In this document: piece after piece, positions 28,165-40,884 of the stretch
Numbering within the stretch: the stretch's first letter is position 1
Layout of the letters: each line of letters begins with the position of its first letter
NCBI GenBank assembly: GCA_964016885.1
Contig: CAXHJY010000993.1
Coordinates: 1 to 64,000, forward strand
Length of the DNA stretch: 64,000 nt
Direction of reading: 5' to 3'
From: Eledone cirrhosa
Lineage: Eukaryota
Position numbers and translations under genes: made by a program
Notes under the pieces: generated by a model
Database searches by the model: none
The model's input: only the letters and a program-made list of their open reading frames with translations
What the model was told of the DNA's origin: nothing

Positions 28165-28220
28165 ACTGCTATATATATTTCGATGATAGCCATTGAATGG
28201 CTATGACCTCATCAGGCAGT
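28165..28220 (-). ncRNA. Hammerhead motif, PLE-2-related family
   Basis: actgc CTGATGA ggtcatagcca ttcaa tggctatcatc GAAA tatata TA gcagt. Confidence 0.85.
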
Positions 28221-28312
28221 TAGTCAGTTCTTAGATATTCCAGCTCTGTGTATATAGTGTCGATGGTATCAGAGCGTTGGGACATATCTATATATATATA
28301 CCTTTTACATAC

Positions 28313-28345
<33 letters not shown>

Positions 28346-28369
28346 TAATATTTATATATATATATATAG

Positions 28370-28882
28370 TAATAATAATAAATTTGAAGACTAAAATCCA
28401 AAGAGGGCTCGATAAGGATAAATATATATCAAAATATAAGAACCGTAGAGCAAATATTTATTAAAATAACAGATTAAAGTTTAAGCAAAGAATCGCTGCT
28501 TTCACCCTTAACGGGATCTTCTGAAACTAACAAAGTCAATCTGTAAACGCATGCCTTTTATTTCGATAATCCACGAAAAGCAGACAACAAACAGGATAAA
28601 TTTGGATTTAAAACCTATAATAACCCCCCGTGGAACCCAGCATTGCTACCCTTCGAAAATGATGTCTTGGAACTCAATCGGAGTACGTATTATTCGTTTT
28701 TTCCCGTTCTTTGCCAGCGAACGTTTCCACGAACCAAAGTATCGTCTTCCTGTCTTCCTCCGGTTGCAACGTTTTTTGAAATATCCAGTTCTGCGTTTAC
28801 AGATTGACTTTGTTAGTTTCAGAAGATCCCGTTAAGGGTGAAAGCAGCGATTCTTTGCTTAAACTTTAATCTGTTATTTTAA

Positions 28883-28885
<3 letters not shown>
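28370..28885. mobile_element. Internally deleted PLE (family B) with inverted ends and a piece of the ORF N-terminus
   Basis: Inverted repeat ~28460-28550/28792-28882; 28553-28685 translates AFYFDNPRKADNKQDKFGFKTYNNPPWNPALLPFENDVLEL, homologous to the N-terminus of PLE-2. Confidence 0.75.
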
Positions 28886-28921
<36 letters not shown>

Positions 28922-28924
<3 letters not shown>

Positions 28925-29300
28925 GGAGGTGAGTTTTATTGTAGTACAATAAAGCAATGCAGATATCGGATAAGAAGCACTCTACAGTTTGTAGGACTGG
29001 AGTATACATAATATATAAGAACAAAAGATGGTTAAAAGAGTTCCATGTATTTTATTATGCGCATTTCAAAAACAAAATATCATCATGCAATAATATTTGT
29101 GTTTTCATCAGATGAAACAGGAGGACATGATATGAAGGTTATGTTGATTTAAAACTGAACTATCCACAAGTGTTTTTTAACCTTCATATCATGTCCTCCT
29201 GTTTTATCTGATGAAAACACAAATATTATTGCATGATGATATTTTGTTTTTGAAATGCGCATAATAAAATACATGGAACTCTTTTAACCATCTTTTGTTC

Positions 29301-29305
<5 letters not shown>
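28922..29305. mobile_element. Palindromic PLE end with HHRs at 29049-29118 (minus) and 29201-29270 (plus)
   Basis: Inverted repeat ~29015-29140/29178-29305; gttttat CTGATGA aaacacaaatat..atattttgttttt GAAA tgcgca TA ataaaat. Confidence 0.85.
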
Positions 29306-29377
<72 letters not shown>

Positions 29378-30306
29378 GGTTTGTATAATAACATAAGGTT
29401 TGTATAATCTTAAATTTCCTTTATTATCTTAACATTTATAACATTTGATATCAGTAAATAACTTAATTTCCTTGACGCTGTTTTACTATTACATAGAAAT
29501 GATTTTCTCCGGTTTTTCTCTCCGGTTTCTCCGAAAAATCTATAAGTTTAGGAAAATTCCTATATCTTAAAAAGTCCTTTATTGTATGTATGTATATGTA
29601 TGTATAAAAAGTCCTTTATTGTATGTATGTATATGTATGTATGTGTAGGTATATATATGTATTTATATGTATATATATGTATGTGTGCGTATGTATATAT
29701 ATGAATATATTGTTTTAATAATATATAGATTTTTTAATAATATATAGTTTTAATAATATATAGATTTTTTAATAATATATAGATCTCAATTTTTAATGTA
29801 TAGATCTCAATAATTTAATTGATAATTTAATTGATAAACTAAACATTTAATCATATTTAAACACTGGTTAAAATTCTCCTGTCATTATTTATTTATTTTC
29901 CAGTCACGCTTATTTACTCTTCTTTACTCATCCAATAAATATTTATTTTTTCACTTCATCTTAAAAGTTACGCTAATACAACAACCTATCACTTAGAGCT
30001 TTCTCTTTCTCTTTCTCTTTCTCTTTCTCTTTTCTCTTTTTTCTTCTCTTTCTCTTTCTCTTTTTCTTGTTTTCTTATTTCCTCTTAGAGTTTGCTCTTT
30101 TTTCTCTTTTTTTCTCTTTCTTTTCTTTCCCTTTCTCCATACCCCAACGGCTTATTTAAAATCTACTGTGATTTAAAAATATCCGACACTAATTTGCATA
30201 ATAGTATAAATAAATTTATAATCCCACTATCCGGGAGCTTCCAACAGAAATGGTCGCATTCTTTAAGGGTATGTCAATATTTATTTATAAAACTGATCTA
30301 TATTAT

Positions 30307-30369
30307 ATTTTATCTGATGAAAGCACACCATAATTTAACTTGGTGTCCTTGAAATATGTATAATGAAAT
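30307..30369 (+). ncRNA. Hammerhead motif (family A) in a truncated PLE 3' end (~29900-30500)
   Basis: attttat CTGATGA(30314-20) aagcacacca..tggtgtcctt GAAA(30351-54) tatgta TA atgaaat. Confidence 0.8.
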
Positions 30370-30499
30370 AAATATGGTTTTATAAATATAGTTTCCATTT
30401 GTTAATATATCGTATTTTTACTCCAATAATTTGTTGAGTGCTTTATATCAATTATAAAAATGTTTGCTTGTTGTATCCCAACAATTTAAATAGAACTTC

Positions 30500-31368
<869 letters not shown>

Positions 31369-31448
31369 CTATATATATTTATATATATATATATATATAA
31401 AATAAAGTTAAATAAAAGTCAAATGATTAAAATTTAGCTTCGTTTATT

Positions 31449-31503
31449 ACTGCTATATATATTTCAGTGACAGCCATCTTTGGCTGTGACCTCTTCAGGC
31501 AGT
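31449..31503 (-). ncRNA. Hammerhead ribozyme in the left inverted arm of PLE-2
   Basis: actgc CTGAAGA ggtcacagcca aaga tggctgtcact GAAA tatata TA gcagt. Confidence 0.88.
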
Positions 31504-32560
31504 TTGAATTAGTATGGTATAGACAAGTACATATGTTGTTTAGGTGTATAATATTGTCAATACTCTGATATGCCCAGTTCCTTGTTGGGTTGTTATTTCA
31601 CTGAGGAACTGGAGTCATATGAATTCAAACAAACGAATTTCAGTGTCAAAGGTCCTCTTCTCCTCTCATTGGTCAGTTATTAGAACATTCCTCATTCTAA
31701 GTGTTGTTATTGTTGGAGTTAGCTTAAACATTGATAAAATGGTAGAAGGGACAAGGTGTTAAAGGAACAAAATAACAAAAAAAGTGTCAAACTTCCCATT
31801 GGTCAGTTCTGAGAGCATTCCTCAGTCAGAAGTCTATAGAATTCTTTCTGGGGTGAGGCTCCCTGTAGTGTTTTTGCCTGCTATTGTTCAGTACATTTGA
31901 CCTCTACCATTATTTTGGTAGTGTTGTTGGTGTTGTGGTCAGCTTATATCTTGCTGCTGCTAACAATTTAGAAGTATCCAGTGTGTGTTTTTTCTTCATC
32001 CCTCCTGCCACCATCATAGTGGTGGTGGTGGTGGGGGGGAGGAGGTGTTCTTCCATGTATATGAAGAAATATAAGGCAATAAATGAAGAAAACAGAAAAT
32101 AAATAAATAATATAATAAAATAAAATAAAATAATTAATATAATTTGTATAATTTGAAATTAAATAAATAAATAAAGAATAAATGAAAAATTGGTTAAAAA
32201 GTAATGAAAATGAATATGGAGAAGTGAGAAATAATGTAGGATAAAGTGTGTGTGTGCTATAACCAATCTCAAGGTCAGAATATGTTGGATAGATTGGTAT
32301 GAGACAAGATGTTAAGATGAGATAATCAAACTAAATGTGTTTGTGTTATAATCAATCTCAACTTAAAAATAAATATAAAGTGATACAGTGAAGAGGGCAG
32401 AAAACAAATAACAAATTAATAAAGAGAAATCAAGATTTAAGATTGGAACTTGGAAATCAGAAGGGATGGGAGAGTGTTAGTTTTTACAGGTCATAATACT
32501 ACCATCTATCTAGCTCCCACACGGGTTGAGCGCTTCAAACAGTAGCGGACCTAAGTCACT

Positions 32561-35253
32561 ATGGATAAACTGGCAACCTTAGCGTCGCTGAAGGACATCC
32601 CCCTACCTGATAAACGAGAATACACCAGTGATCTCATCAAGAGTACGGACTCCCTCATCCGTAGGATGAGATGGAAGGCGTTCCACTTCGAAAGAGGAAC
32701 GCAGAAAATTACCAACACACAAAACATGGAGTACCTTTTTCGATCAAGCAGGAATCCCCCCCCCCCCCACAACAGACTAATGGAGGAGTTTGAAAACGAG
32801 ATGATTAACATCATATCCAACCTCAAATTCTCCGGAAACCCAACCAGAAGTCAGGAGTACCTCAGACACCTGAGAAACCGGATTACAGTACTTAAAGGGA
32901 CAACTAGAATACTTGTCCATGCTGACAAAACAAACAACCTCTACAACATGAACACTGAACTGTACAATAAGCTAATCCTCAGGGAACTGAGGAAGTGCTA
33001 CAAAAAAACACCTGGATTTACCCTGGATGAGATCAATGCCACAGCTTACAGGATTATATCCAGAATCGGCATAGAGGACAGGATGGCCCATACCAACCAA
33101 GGGAGCCGCGGATTACCCTTAAAGACCACAAGCCAAACTTTGAGTCCGACCTCCCTGTCAGACTAATAGCCCCCCCCCCCCGATCTGACCTAGGGATCGT
33201 CAGTAAAAGAATACTGGATAGGATTTTGCCCAAGCTTCGGAAGAAAACTAAATTACAGCAATGGTCATGCACGGGATAAGCAATAGAATGGTTCAAAATA
33301 CTGCATGAGAAAAGTAGGACCAGCTTTATACAACTGGACATCGCAAGCTACTACTCCTCAATCTCACCCATAGTACTTAATAAGGCCCTATTTTTAGCGA
33401 TGTCCAATACGGACCTAACCCGAGAGGAGGTGAGCATCATCCACACCGCAAGAAAGACCTTAATCCGCTTCGATGGAGACCTTTGGACCAGGAGTGATTG
33501 GCCAAATAACTTTGACATCACGATGGGCTCCAGCGACTCAGCGCAGGTAACGGACCTGGTTGGGCTCTACCTGCTGAAGCAGATAAAAGATGAAATCCCC
33601 TGCCTGGGCGGCGGATTATATCGTGACGATGCTCTATTCACAGTATATGACCACAGCACCAATATGTTGGAGGGTATGAGGAGGCGTATTCGCCATTTCT
33701 TTAAGAACCAGGGGCTCAGCATAGAAATAGACCCAAATAGGAAGGTAGTTAACTTCCTAGACACCACCCTAAACCTGAACACCGAGCAATACTACCCCTA
33801 CCACAAGCCCAACGAGAAACTCGTATATGTTAACGCCAAATCAAACCACCCTAGATCCATAACCAAGGCAGTGGTGAAGAGTGTCTCGGACAGGATCTCC
33901 AGCCTGTCCGCAAGTAAGGAAATATTCAATAACCACGCGGAATATTACAACGCAGCACTAAAGAAGGCGGCACATGGCCAAAATATAACATATAGTCCAA
34001 AATGCCGGGAGGTGGATAGCCCAACAGACACCCACAACCGCGTTGCCCGGGGGGGGGGGGGGCAGCGAACCCTAACAATACAGGCAGAGCAGAATCAAAT
34101 AGGCACCATGTGCCCGATACCACGACACGGGCGGTGGGGACTAGTGCGCTTGACCACGAGATGGAGCACAATATGAGTAGCAGTCTCAGGCGTGACGCTA
34201 ACCACCCCAGGACGGACGACCCCAACCGCAGGACACGTGGAGGGGGGGGGATACGGGCGACCACCCCACGATGGATCTCCCGGGGCGGACAACGATCACC
34301 CCACAAATTCGGGCCGCGAAGATAACAATAAGCATAGAGCCCAAAGAGGAAGCAACAGTGCGGAAACCACCAGCAACCCAACAAATCTCCAACAAATCAC
34401 GAAGCCCCCGACCCACACATATAGGAGGAGACACCGAAAAATCACGTGGTACAACCCACCCTACTCAGCGGCCCTAAAGAAAAGCTTGGCCCGATTATTC
34501 TTTGGAGCACTTGACAAATGCTTCCCGAGGGACCACAGATACCACAGGATCTTCAACAGACACACTGTGAAGCTTTCGTATTCCACCACGAGAAATTTGG
34601 CCCAACACATAGCTAGCATCAACAGAAGTAGGCTTAAAAACCTCACACAACCAGAAGATGGCAATACAAACACTCAGCAGAACCATGTGAAAGGAGGGAA
34701 GGGGGGACCCAGAGCCCACCCAAGAAACCCAAACAGACCCGAGGACCCCCCACCGAGCCTGGGGGAAGACCAACATGTAACACCTAACGGGAACCCTAAT
34801 CTAGGCACGCAGAGGCCGACCACCCTCTGCAACTGCAGAAACCCCGAATCATGCCCCCTTGGTAATGAATGCCTCAAGAAGAACCTAGTGTACGGTTGTA
34901 GGGTTAAAACCCCCAACTCCGAACACCTCTACATAGGAGCCACATCAACGAGCTTTAAAGACCGCTGGTACAACCATCGCCATTCATTCAAGAAGGAGGC
35001 CAAAAGGAAAAGCACAGCTCTCTCCGACCTGATCTGGAAGCTTAAGCTGGACAGGACCCCATACTCTCTGGCCTGGTACATAATCAGGAAAGTACCACCC
35101 GATAAAGGGGGATCTTGCATATGCAAACTATGCCTGAACGAGACCCTCGAGATACTAAGAGGTGGAAGCAGCCTGATAAACCTCAGAACCGACTTCTTCG
35201 GGACATGCAGACACCTTAGAGCCGGGACCTTTCTCAAGATATATGGACAGTAG
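32561..35253 (+). pseudogene. PLE-2 RT + GIY-YIG polyprotein (a few frameshifts, one stop at ~33276)
   Basis: SLKDIPLP, RRMRWKAFHF, HADKTNNLY, QLDIASYYSSI, FDITMGSSDSA, GLYRDD, FLDTT, WYNPPYS, CNCRNPESCPL, VYGCR..LYIGATSTSFKDRWYNH, CKLCLNE, TCRH. Confidence 0.92.
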
Positions 35254-36465
35254 CAACACAAGAAGATGTGAACTCCCCTCAAGCTATAGGGACTTCTACA
35301 GAACATGAAAACACCTCTCGGCCAGACCTCCCTCAAGCTATATGGGCAGTAACAACACCCTAGGTTGTGAACTCCCCTCAAGCCATAGGGAACAACCCAG
35401 GCTGAGCAGACACCATGATAGCCTAGAGATAGAATCGGACACAGCCATTATAATTTGGCCAACATCTATATAACACAAACACTTTTAATTTACTAGATTT
35501 CCGATTTCCAAGTTCCAATCTTAAATCTTGATTTCTCTTTATTAATTTGTTATTTGTTTTCTGCCCTCTTCACTGTATCACCTTATATTTATTTTTAAGT
35601 TGAGATTGATTATAACACAAACACATTTAGTTTGATTATCTCATCTTAACATCTTGTCTCATACCAATCTATCCAACATATTCTGACCTTGAGATTGGTT
35701 ATAGCACACACACACTTTATCCTACATTATTTCTCACTTTTCCATATTCATTTTCATTACTTTTTCACCAATTTTTCATTTATTCTTTATTCTTTATTCT
35801 CTATTTATTTATTTAGTTTCAAATTATACAAATTATATTAATTATTTTATTTTATTTTATTATATTATTTATTTATTTTCTGTTTTCTTCATTTATTGCC
35901 TTATATTTCTTCATATACATGGAAGACCCCCCCCCCACCACCACCACCACTATAATGGTGGCAGGAGGGATGAAGAAAAAACACACACTGGATACTTCTA
36001 AATTGTTAGCAGCAGCAAGATATAAGCTGACCACAACACCAATAACACTACCAAAATAATGGTAGAGGTCAAATGTACTGAACAATAGCAGGCAAAAACA
36101 CTACAGGGAGCCTCACCCCAGAAAGAATTCTATAGACTTCTGACTGAGGAATGCTCTCAGAACTGACCAATGGGAAGTTTGACACTTTTTTTGTTATTTT
36201 GTTCCTTTAACACCTTGTCCCTTCTACCATTTTATCAATGTTTAAGCTAACTCCAACAATAACAACACTTAGAATGAGGAATGTTCTAATAACTGACCAA
36301 TGAGAGGAGAAGAGGACCTTTGACACTGAAATTCGTTTGTTTGAATTCATATGACTCCAGTTCCTCAGTGAAATAACAACCCAACAAGGAACTGGGCATA
36401 TCAGAGTATTGACAATATTATACACCTAAACAACATATGTACTTGTCTATACCATACTAATTCAA

Positions 36466-36520
36466 ACTGCCTGAAGAGGTCACAGCCAAAGATGGCTGTC
36501 ACTGAAATATATATAGCAGT
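36466..36520 (+). ncRNA. Hammerhead ribozyme in the 3' arm of PLE-2
   Basis: Stem I actgc/gcagt, CTGAAGA 36471-77, GAAA 36504-07, predicted cleavage after 36515. Confidence 0.88.
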
Positions 36521-36782
36521 AATAAACGAAGCTAAATTTTAATCATTTGACTTTTATTTAACTTTATTTTACACTACTCCGGAGTAACCAAACCAACCTG
36601 CGCACTTCGTCGAGTGCTACAGCCTGCATACTGAGGTGTTGGTATACAACCAACATAAACTCAAAATCTCTCTCTCTATATATATATACCTTTTACATAC
36701 ATATATATATATATGTATATATAATATAATATATATATATATATGTGTGTGTGTGTGTTTGTGTGTGTATATATGTGTGTGT

Positions 36783-37752
36783 GTGAAATCGTGACCGTCC
36801 GTTTGTCAGTCCACTCGAGAGATGAATGAGTTAAAACGAACAAGGGAGATGGTGAAAATTCTACGGCGAAGAAAAAATCAAAACAGCGTTTCAACTTTTG
36901 CACTTTGGAGCTAGGGTGCATACTATGGCACAGTGAAGCTTGAGTGACACAGTATGGAAATATGGAACTAGGATGTCACTGTATGGAAATGGTGAGATAT
37001 GGTAGAGAAAGATGGCACTTTGAAGCTAGAGTGCCGCTGTATGGCATAGCGGAGCTAGGGTGTCACACTATGGAATAGAGGAGTTTGAGTGACATAGTAT
37101 GGTAATATGAAGCTAGGATGGCCAAGTATGGAAATGGGAGATAGGGTGGAAAAATACGGCTCTTCGGAACTAGGGTGTTGCACTATAGCACAGAAGAGGT
37201 AGCATGGCACACTATGGAATTGGGGAGCTTCAATGGCACAGTATGGAAATATAGAACTAGGGTGAACGCCTATGGCAATGGGAACATAGTGTGGAAAATA
37301 TGGCACTTTGAAGCTAGGGTGCCGCAGTATGGCACTGCGGAGCTAGGATGGCACTCTATGAAATTGGAGTGTTTGAGTGATACACTATAGAAATATGCAG
37401 CTAGGATGGCGAAGTATGGCAATGGGGAGGTAGTGTGGAAAAATACGTCACTTCGGAGTTAGGGTGCCGCAGTATGGCACACTTTGGAATTGGGTGGCTA
37501 GGGTGGGACAGTATGGCACTGGGAAAATATGGCAATGGGGAGATAGGAAGGAAAAATACGGCACTTCGGAGCTAGAGTGCCGCACTGTGGCACAGCGGAG
37601 CTAGGGTGGCACACTATGTAATTGTGGAGCGTCAGTGACACAGTATAGAAATATGGAACTAGGATGTCGCAGTATGGCAATGGGAAGATTGGGTGGCAAA
37701 ATACGGCACTTCGGAGCTAGGGTACCACAATATGGCACTGCGGAGCAAGTAA
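36783..37752. repeat. Tandem array of ~144-bp units (about 6) built from ~29-bp subrepeats, possibly inside a Helentron/HINE-like element
   Basis: cactt(t/c)g(g/a)agctagggtg recurs at ~36901, 37016, 37160, 37304, 37449, 37562, 37707; preceded by cgtccgtttgtcagtcc. Confidence 0.75.
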
Positions 37753-38039
37753 AAAAAATAAATATATATATATAGATATACATATATATATATATACAAG
37801 GGTGGTGGAACTTGGGGGACATCGGGGGCCATGTATTAATAGTGTTGTAAACTGTGAGACTTAAAATTTTGCTGTAGTTTCACCTTTGACCTTAAAATTC
37901 TTACAGCAAAGATTCGACTAAGCTTTAAAAAAAAAAAAAAAAAAAAAAGAGAGAGAGAGAGAGCACCCATAATAGTATGAGTTATCTTAAGGAATCCAAA
38001 AATTTGCAACAGATATGCTGGGTCAGTGAGAAATAGCTT

Positions 38040-40720
38040 TAGCTCTCTCCCTCAAACATCCAATGATGTAGCATGGAACACATTAAAGCACATAAAAAGG
38101 ATGCAGAAGAACATATTTCAATAAAATCTAAAATAAGAAAACACGTTCCATGAGAAAACCAAGAGATAAGACAAAAGAGACAAACTCTAGAAGAAGCTGC
38201 AGAATTAAAGAATAAAGTACCCACAAGAAACAATACAACATGTCATGAAGAAGCTTTGAAAGATTTATCTGATACATACCTGGCGGTTCAAAAAGAATAA
38301 TCAGTTAAAAAATCAACCTAGTTCAATCTTCAATTGAATATAAACAATCTGCAGGAACCTTGCATATCCTCAATGAAATCAGTGGGAAAAGGAATCCAAC
38401 CAAGTCAAAAATCAAAGTAACAATTGAAAAAGAAAGGTTACAAATGTGGAAAGATCACTTCCAAAATCTCCTTGGTAAACATCCAGACATAGTTGATACA
38501 CCGATACAAGAAATATCAGAATAATAATAATGAAATTATTGTGTAAAGTGCTCAGGTGCACTACAACTCGTCAAAGGTGTATGTATAGTACATAGAATAA
38601 TACACAAATGTCAGGGATGTACATGTGTGTATGTGTTAGCTGTAGTGTTGGCGGATCTCGGGAAGCATGGAGGCCTTAAAGGATGCAGTGTCTCGACAGC
38701 TAACAACTGATGCAGGTAGTTTGTTCCATGCTTCAGCAACTCTGAGCGTGAAAAAATGTTTCCGAAAGTCATGGGAACTGTGCTGCTTTCTTACTTTGTG
38801 GGTATGCCCACGTGTGTTAGACACATGGAAATCAAAAAGGTACTCAGGGTTGTTGTTGGCAACATGGTTAACAATTTTGTGGGTGTTTACCAAGTCAGTT
38901 GCCAGGCGTCGGAGCTTCAATGTATCCATGCCCAAGGAAGCAAGGCGCTCAGAGTATGGTAGATGCCTGATGGAGGGTATTCGCTTGGTTGCACATCTCT
39001 GAACAGTTTCCAGGCGGTCAATGTTCTGAGCAAGATAGGGGTTCCAGACTGGTGATGCAAATTCTAAGTGTGGTCGCACCATAGCCATGTACAGCCTTAA
39101 ATAGATATCTGGAGAGCGGCTGACAAAGGTCTTGCTGAGTGATGCTAAGACACCCTCGGCCCTCTTGACAATTTTAGAGACATGCCTCGTCCAACGCAAA
39201 TCGCTGCTGACCGTAATGCCCAGGTCACGTTCACAAGAAGACTTCTTGATATTAGTGCTGTGGAGGGAGTATGTGGACGCTGGGTTTGTACTCCCAAAAT
39301 GCATGGTGGTGTACTTGTCCACAGCTAGCTTGAGTTGCCAGTCTGAGATCCATTGTTGCATTGTGTCCAGGTCAGACTGCAAGCAAGATCTATAGTGTTC
39401 AGGGTCTGTCCTTTTTATCTCAAGGTACAGCTTGATGTCGTCTGCGTACTTTAGTACTGTGGCATTCTTTAAGTTGGCATCTATGTCATTAATATATCCC
39501 ACAAACAAAAGGGGGCCAAGAACAGATCCCTGTGGTACACCAGATGACATCTCATATGATGAGGAATGCTGTCCCAGAACCGTGACTACCTCTCTTCGAC
39601 TGAGAATGAAGGACTTCAACCAGTTAAAAAGATCATCCTTCACACCCATTGCAAAGAGTTTTGCCATAAGCCTTTTGTGTGGCACAGAATTGAAGGCTTT
39701 CGCAAAGTCAAGGTAAACAGCATCCACCCATGCGCCGCCATCAATGATCCGGGTGATGTCCTCAAGAAACTCTATAAGTTGATCACAGCAGCTGGAGTTG
39801 GGGATAAATCCAAATTGCGAGGGCCGGATAAGACTGTGAGAGCTCCAGAAGTTCCAAAGTATTTCTCTGACACAGGATTCCATCAGTTTGGCAATGCAAC
39901 TAGTAAGACTGACTGGACGATAGTTCACAGGTGATGTGCGGTCACCCTTTTTGAACAGAGGAATGAATAACTCAATATCAAATAGACTTTACAATTACTG
40001 AGTTGGAAACTGTTCCAAGAACATTGAGATCGAACAGAACACATGGCTTTGATGAAATACCACCTGAGGTATGAAAAACCAAACAATTTAATGATATTCT
40101 CTTGGAGGTTTTACAATGACATATATAATCAAAACAATATAGAAACATGGACTAAGGGGTGTATCCTCCCTTCCCGTCAAAAGGAGATCTTGGTGTGGCA
40201 AACAACTAAAGAGGAATAACTCTTGTAGCAATAGCTGCAAAAATGTATCACTCTAAGCTGTTTAACCGCAGACGTCCAGAAATCGAAAAACTGAAAAAAA
40301 AACAAAAAAAAAAATTCAAAATGGCTTTCGAAGAGTACGTTCAACTACTGATCAAATATTAATCATTCGCAGAATTTTTGAAGGCGTGCAAGCTAAAAAT
40401 CTAAATGCTGTTCTGTAATTCTCCAAAACATTCGATTCGATTCATAGGGGTAAAATGGAAGAAATACTGCTAGCCTATGGTATACCAAATGAAGCAGTAA
40501 AAGCCATTATGATGCTCTACAATAATACATATTCAATAATACTATCTGATACACGTTTCTTTGAAATCATTGCAGGAGTGAAACTGGGTGAAACTTTAGC
40601 ACTTATAACTTTATCATTTGCTTGGATTACGTTCTCAGAATTTCTGTCAATACCATTAAAGACAATGGATTCACACTACATTCACGAAGGAGTAATAGAT
40701 ATCCTGCCACAACAATTACA
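38040..40720 (+). mobile_element. Decayed RTE-like LINE interrupted by a CR1 insertion
   Basis: WKDHFQNLLG before the insertion; HGFDEIPPEV, WTKGCILP, RGITL, NGFRRVRSTTDQIL, FDSIHRGKMEEILLAYGIP after it. Confidence 0.7.
38525..39964 (-). mobile_element. 5'-truncated CR1-clade LINE with an open RT frame (38636-39964)
   Basis: NYRPVSLTS, QFGF, YLDFAKAF, SGVPQGSVLGPLLF, YADD, RDLG, VRPHLEFASPVWNP, TRGH; (att)n tail; possible TSD gaataa. Confidence 0.92.
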
Positions 40721-40721
40721 G

Positions 40722-40845
40722 ACGTTATATCTGCTGTTGACCTTTTTGAGCAACAGGATGAAAGCTTCTTCACCAATGGGATCCAATCACTGCAACACCG
40801 ATGGAAAAAGTATGTGGACCACAAAGGGGAAAAATAAACCTCATA
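40722..40845 (+). mobile_element. Mariner transposase C-terminal fragment
   Basis: VISAVD.FEQQDESFFTNGIQSLQHRWKKYVDHKG. Confidence 0.75.
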
Positions 40846-40884
40846 AGAGTATCTTGGTTAGTCTAATCAAAAATATTTCAAAAT

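Larger units (their letters stand above)
31398..36675 (+). mobile_element. Penelope-like element PLE-2 (Naiad-like), near intact, with ~1.07-kb inverted arms
   Basis: Inverted repeat 31398-32460/35500-36570, almost identical (same spurious 72-aa ORF in both arms); RT + GIY-YIG ORF; (TA)n at both ends. Confidence 0.93.

Noticed and set aside
31398-36570. Long TIRs suggesting a DNA transposon (Polinton, Mutator or foldback)
   Set aside because: The internal ORF is PLE RT + GIY-YIG; the arms are inverted copies of the 3'UTR with unequal ends
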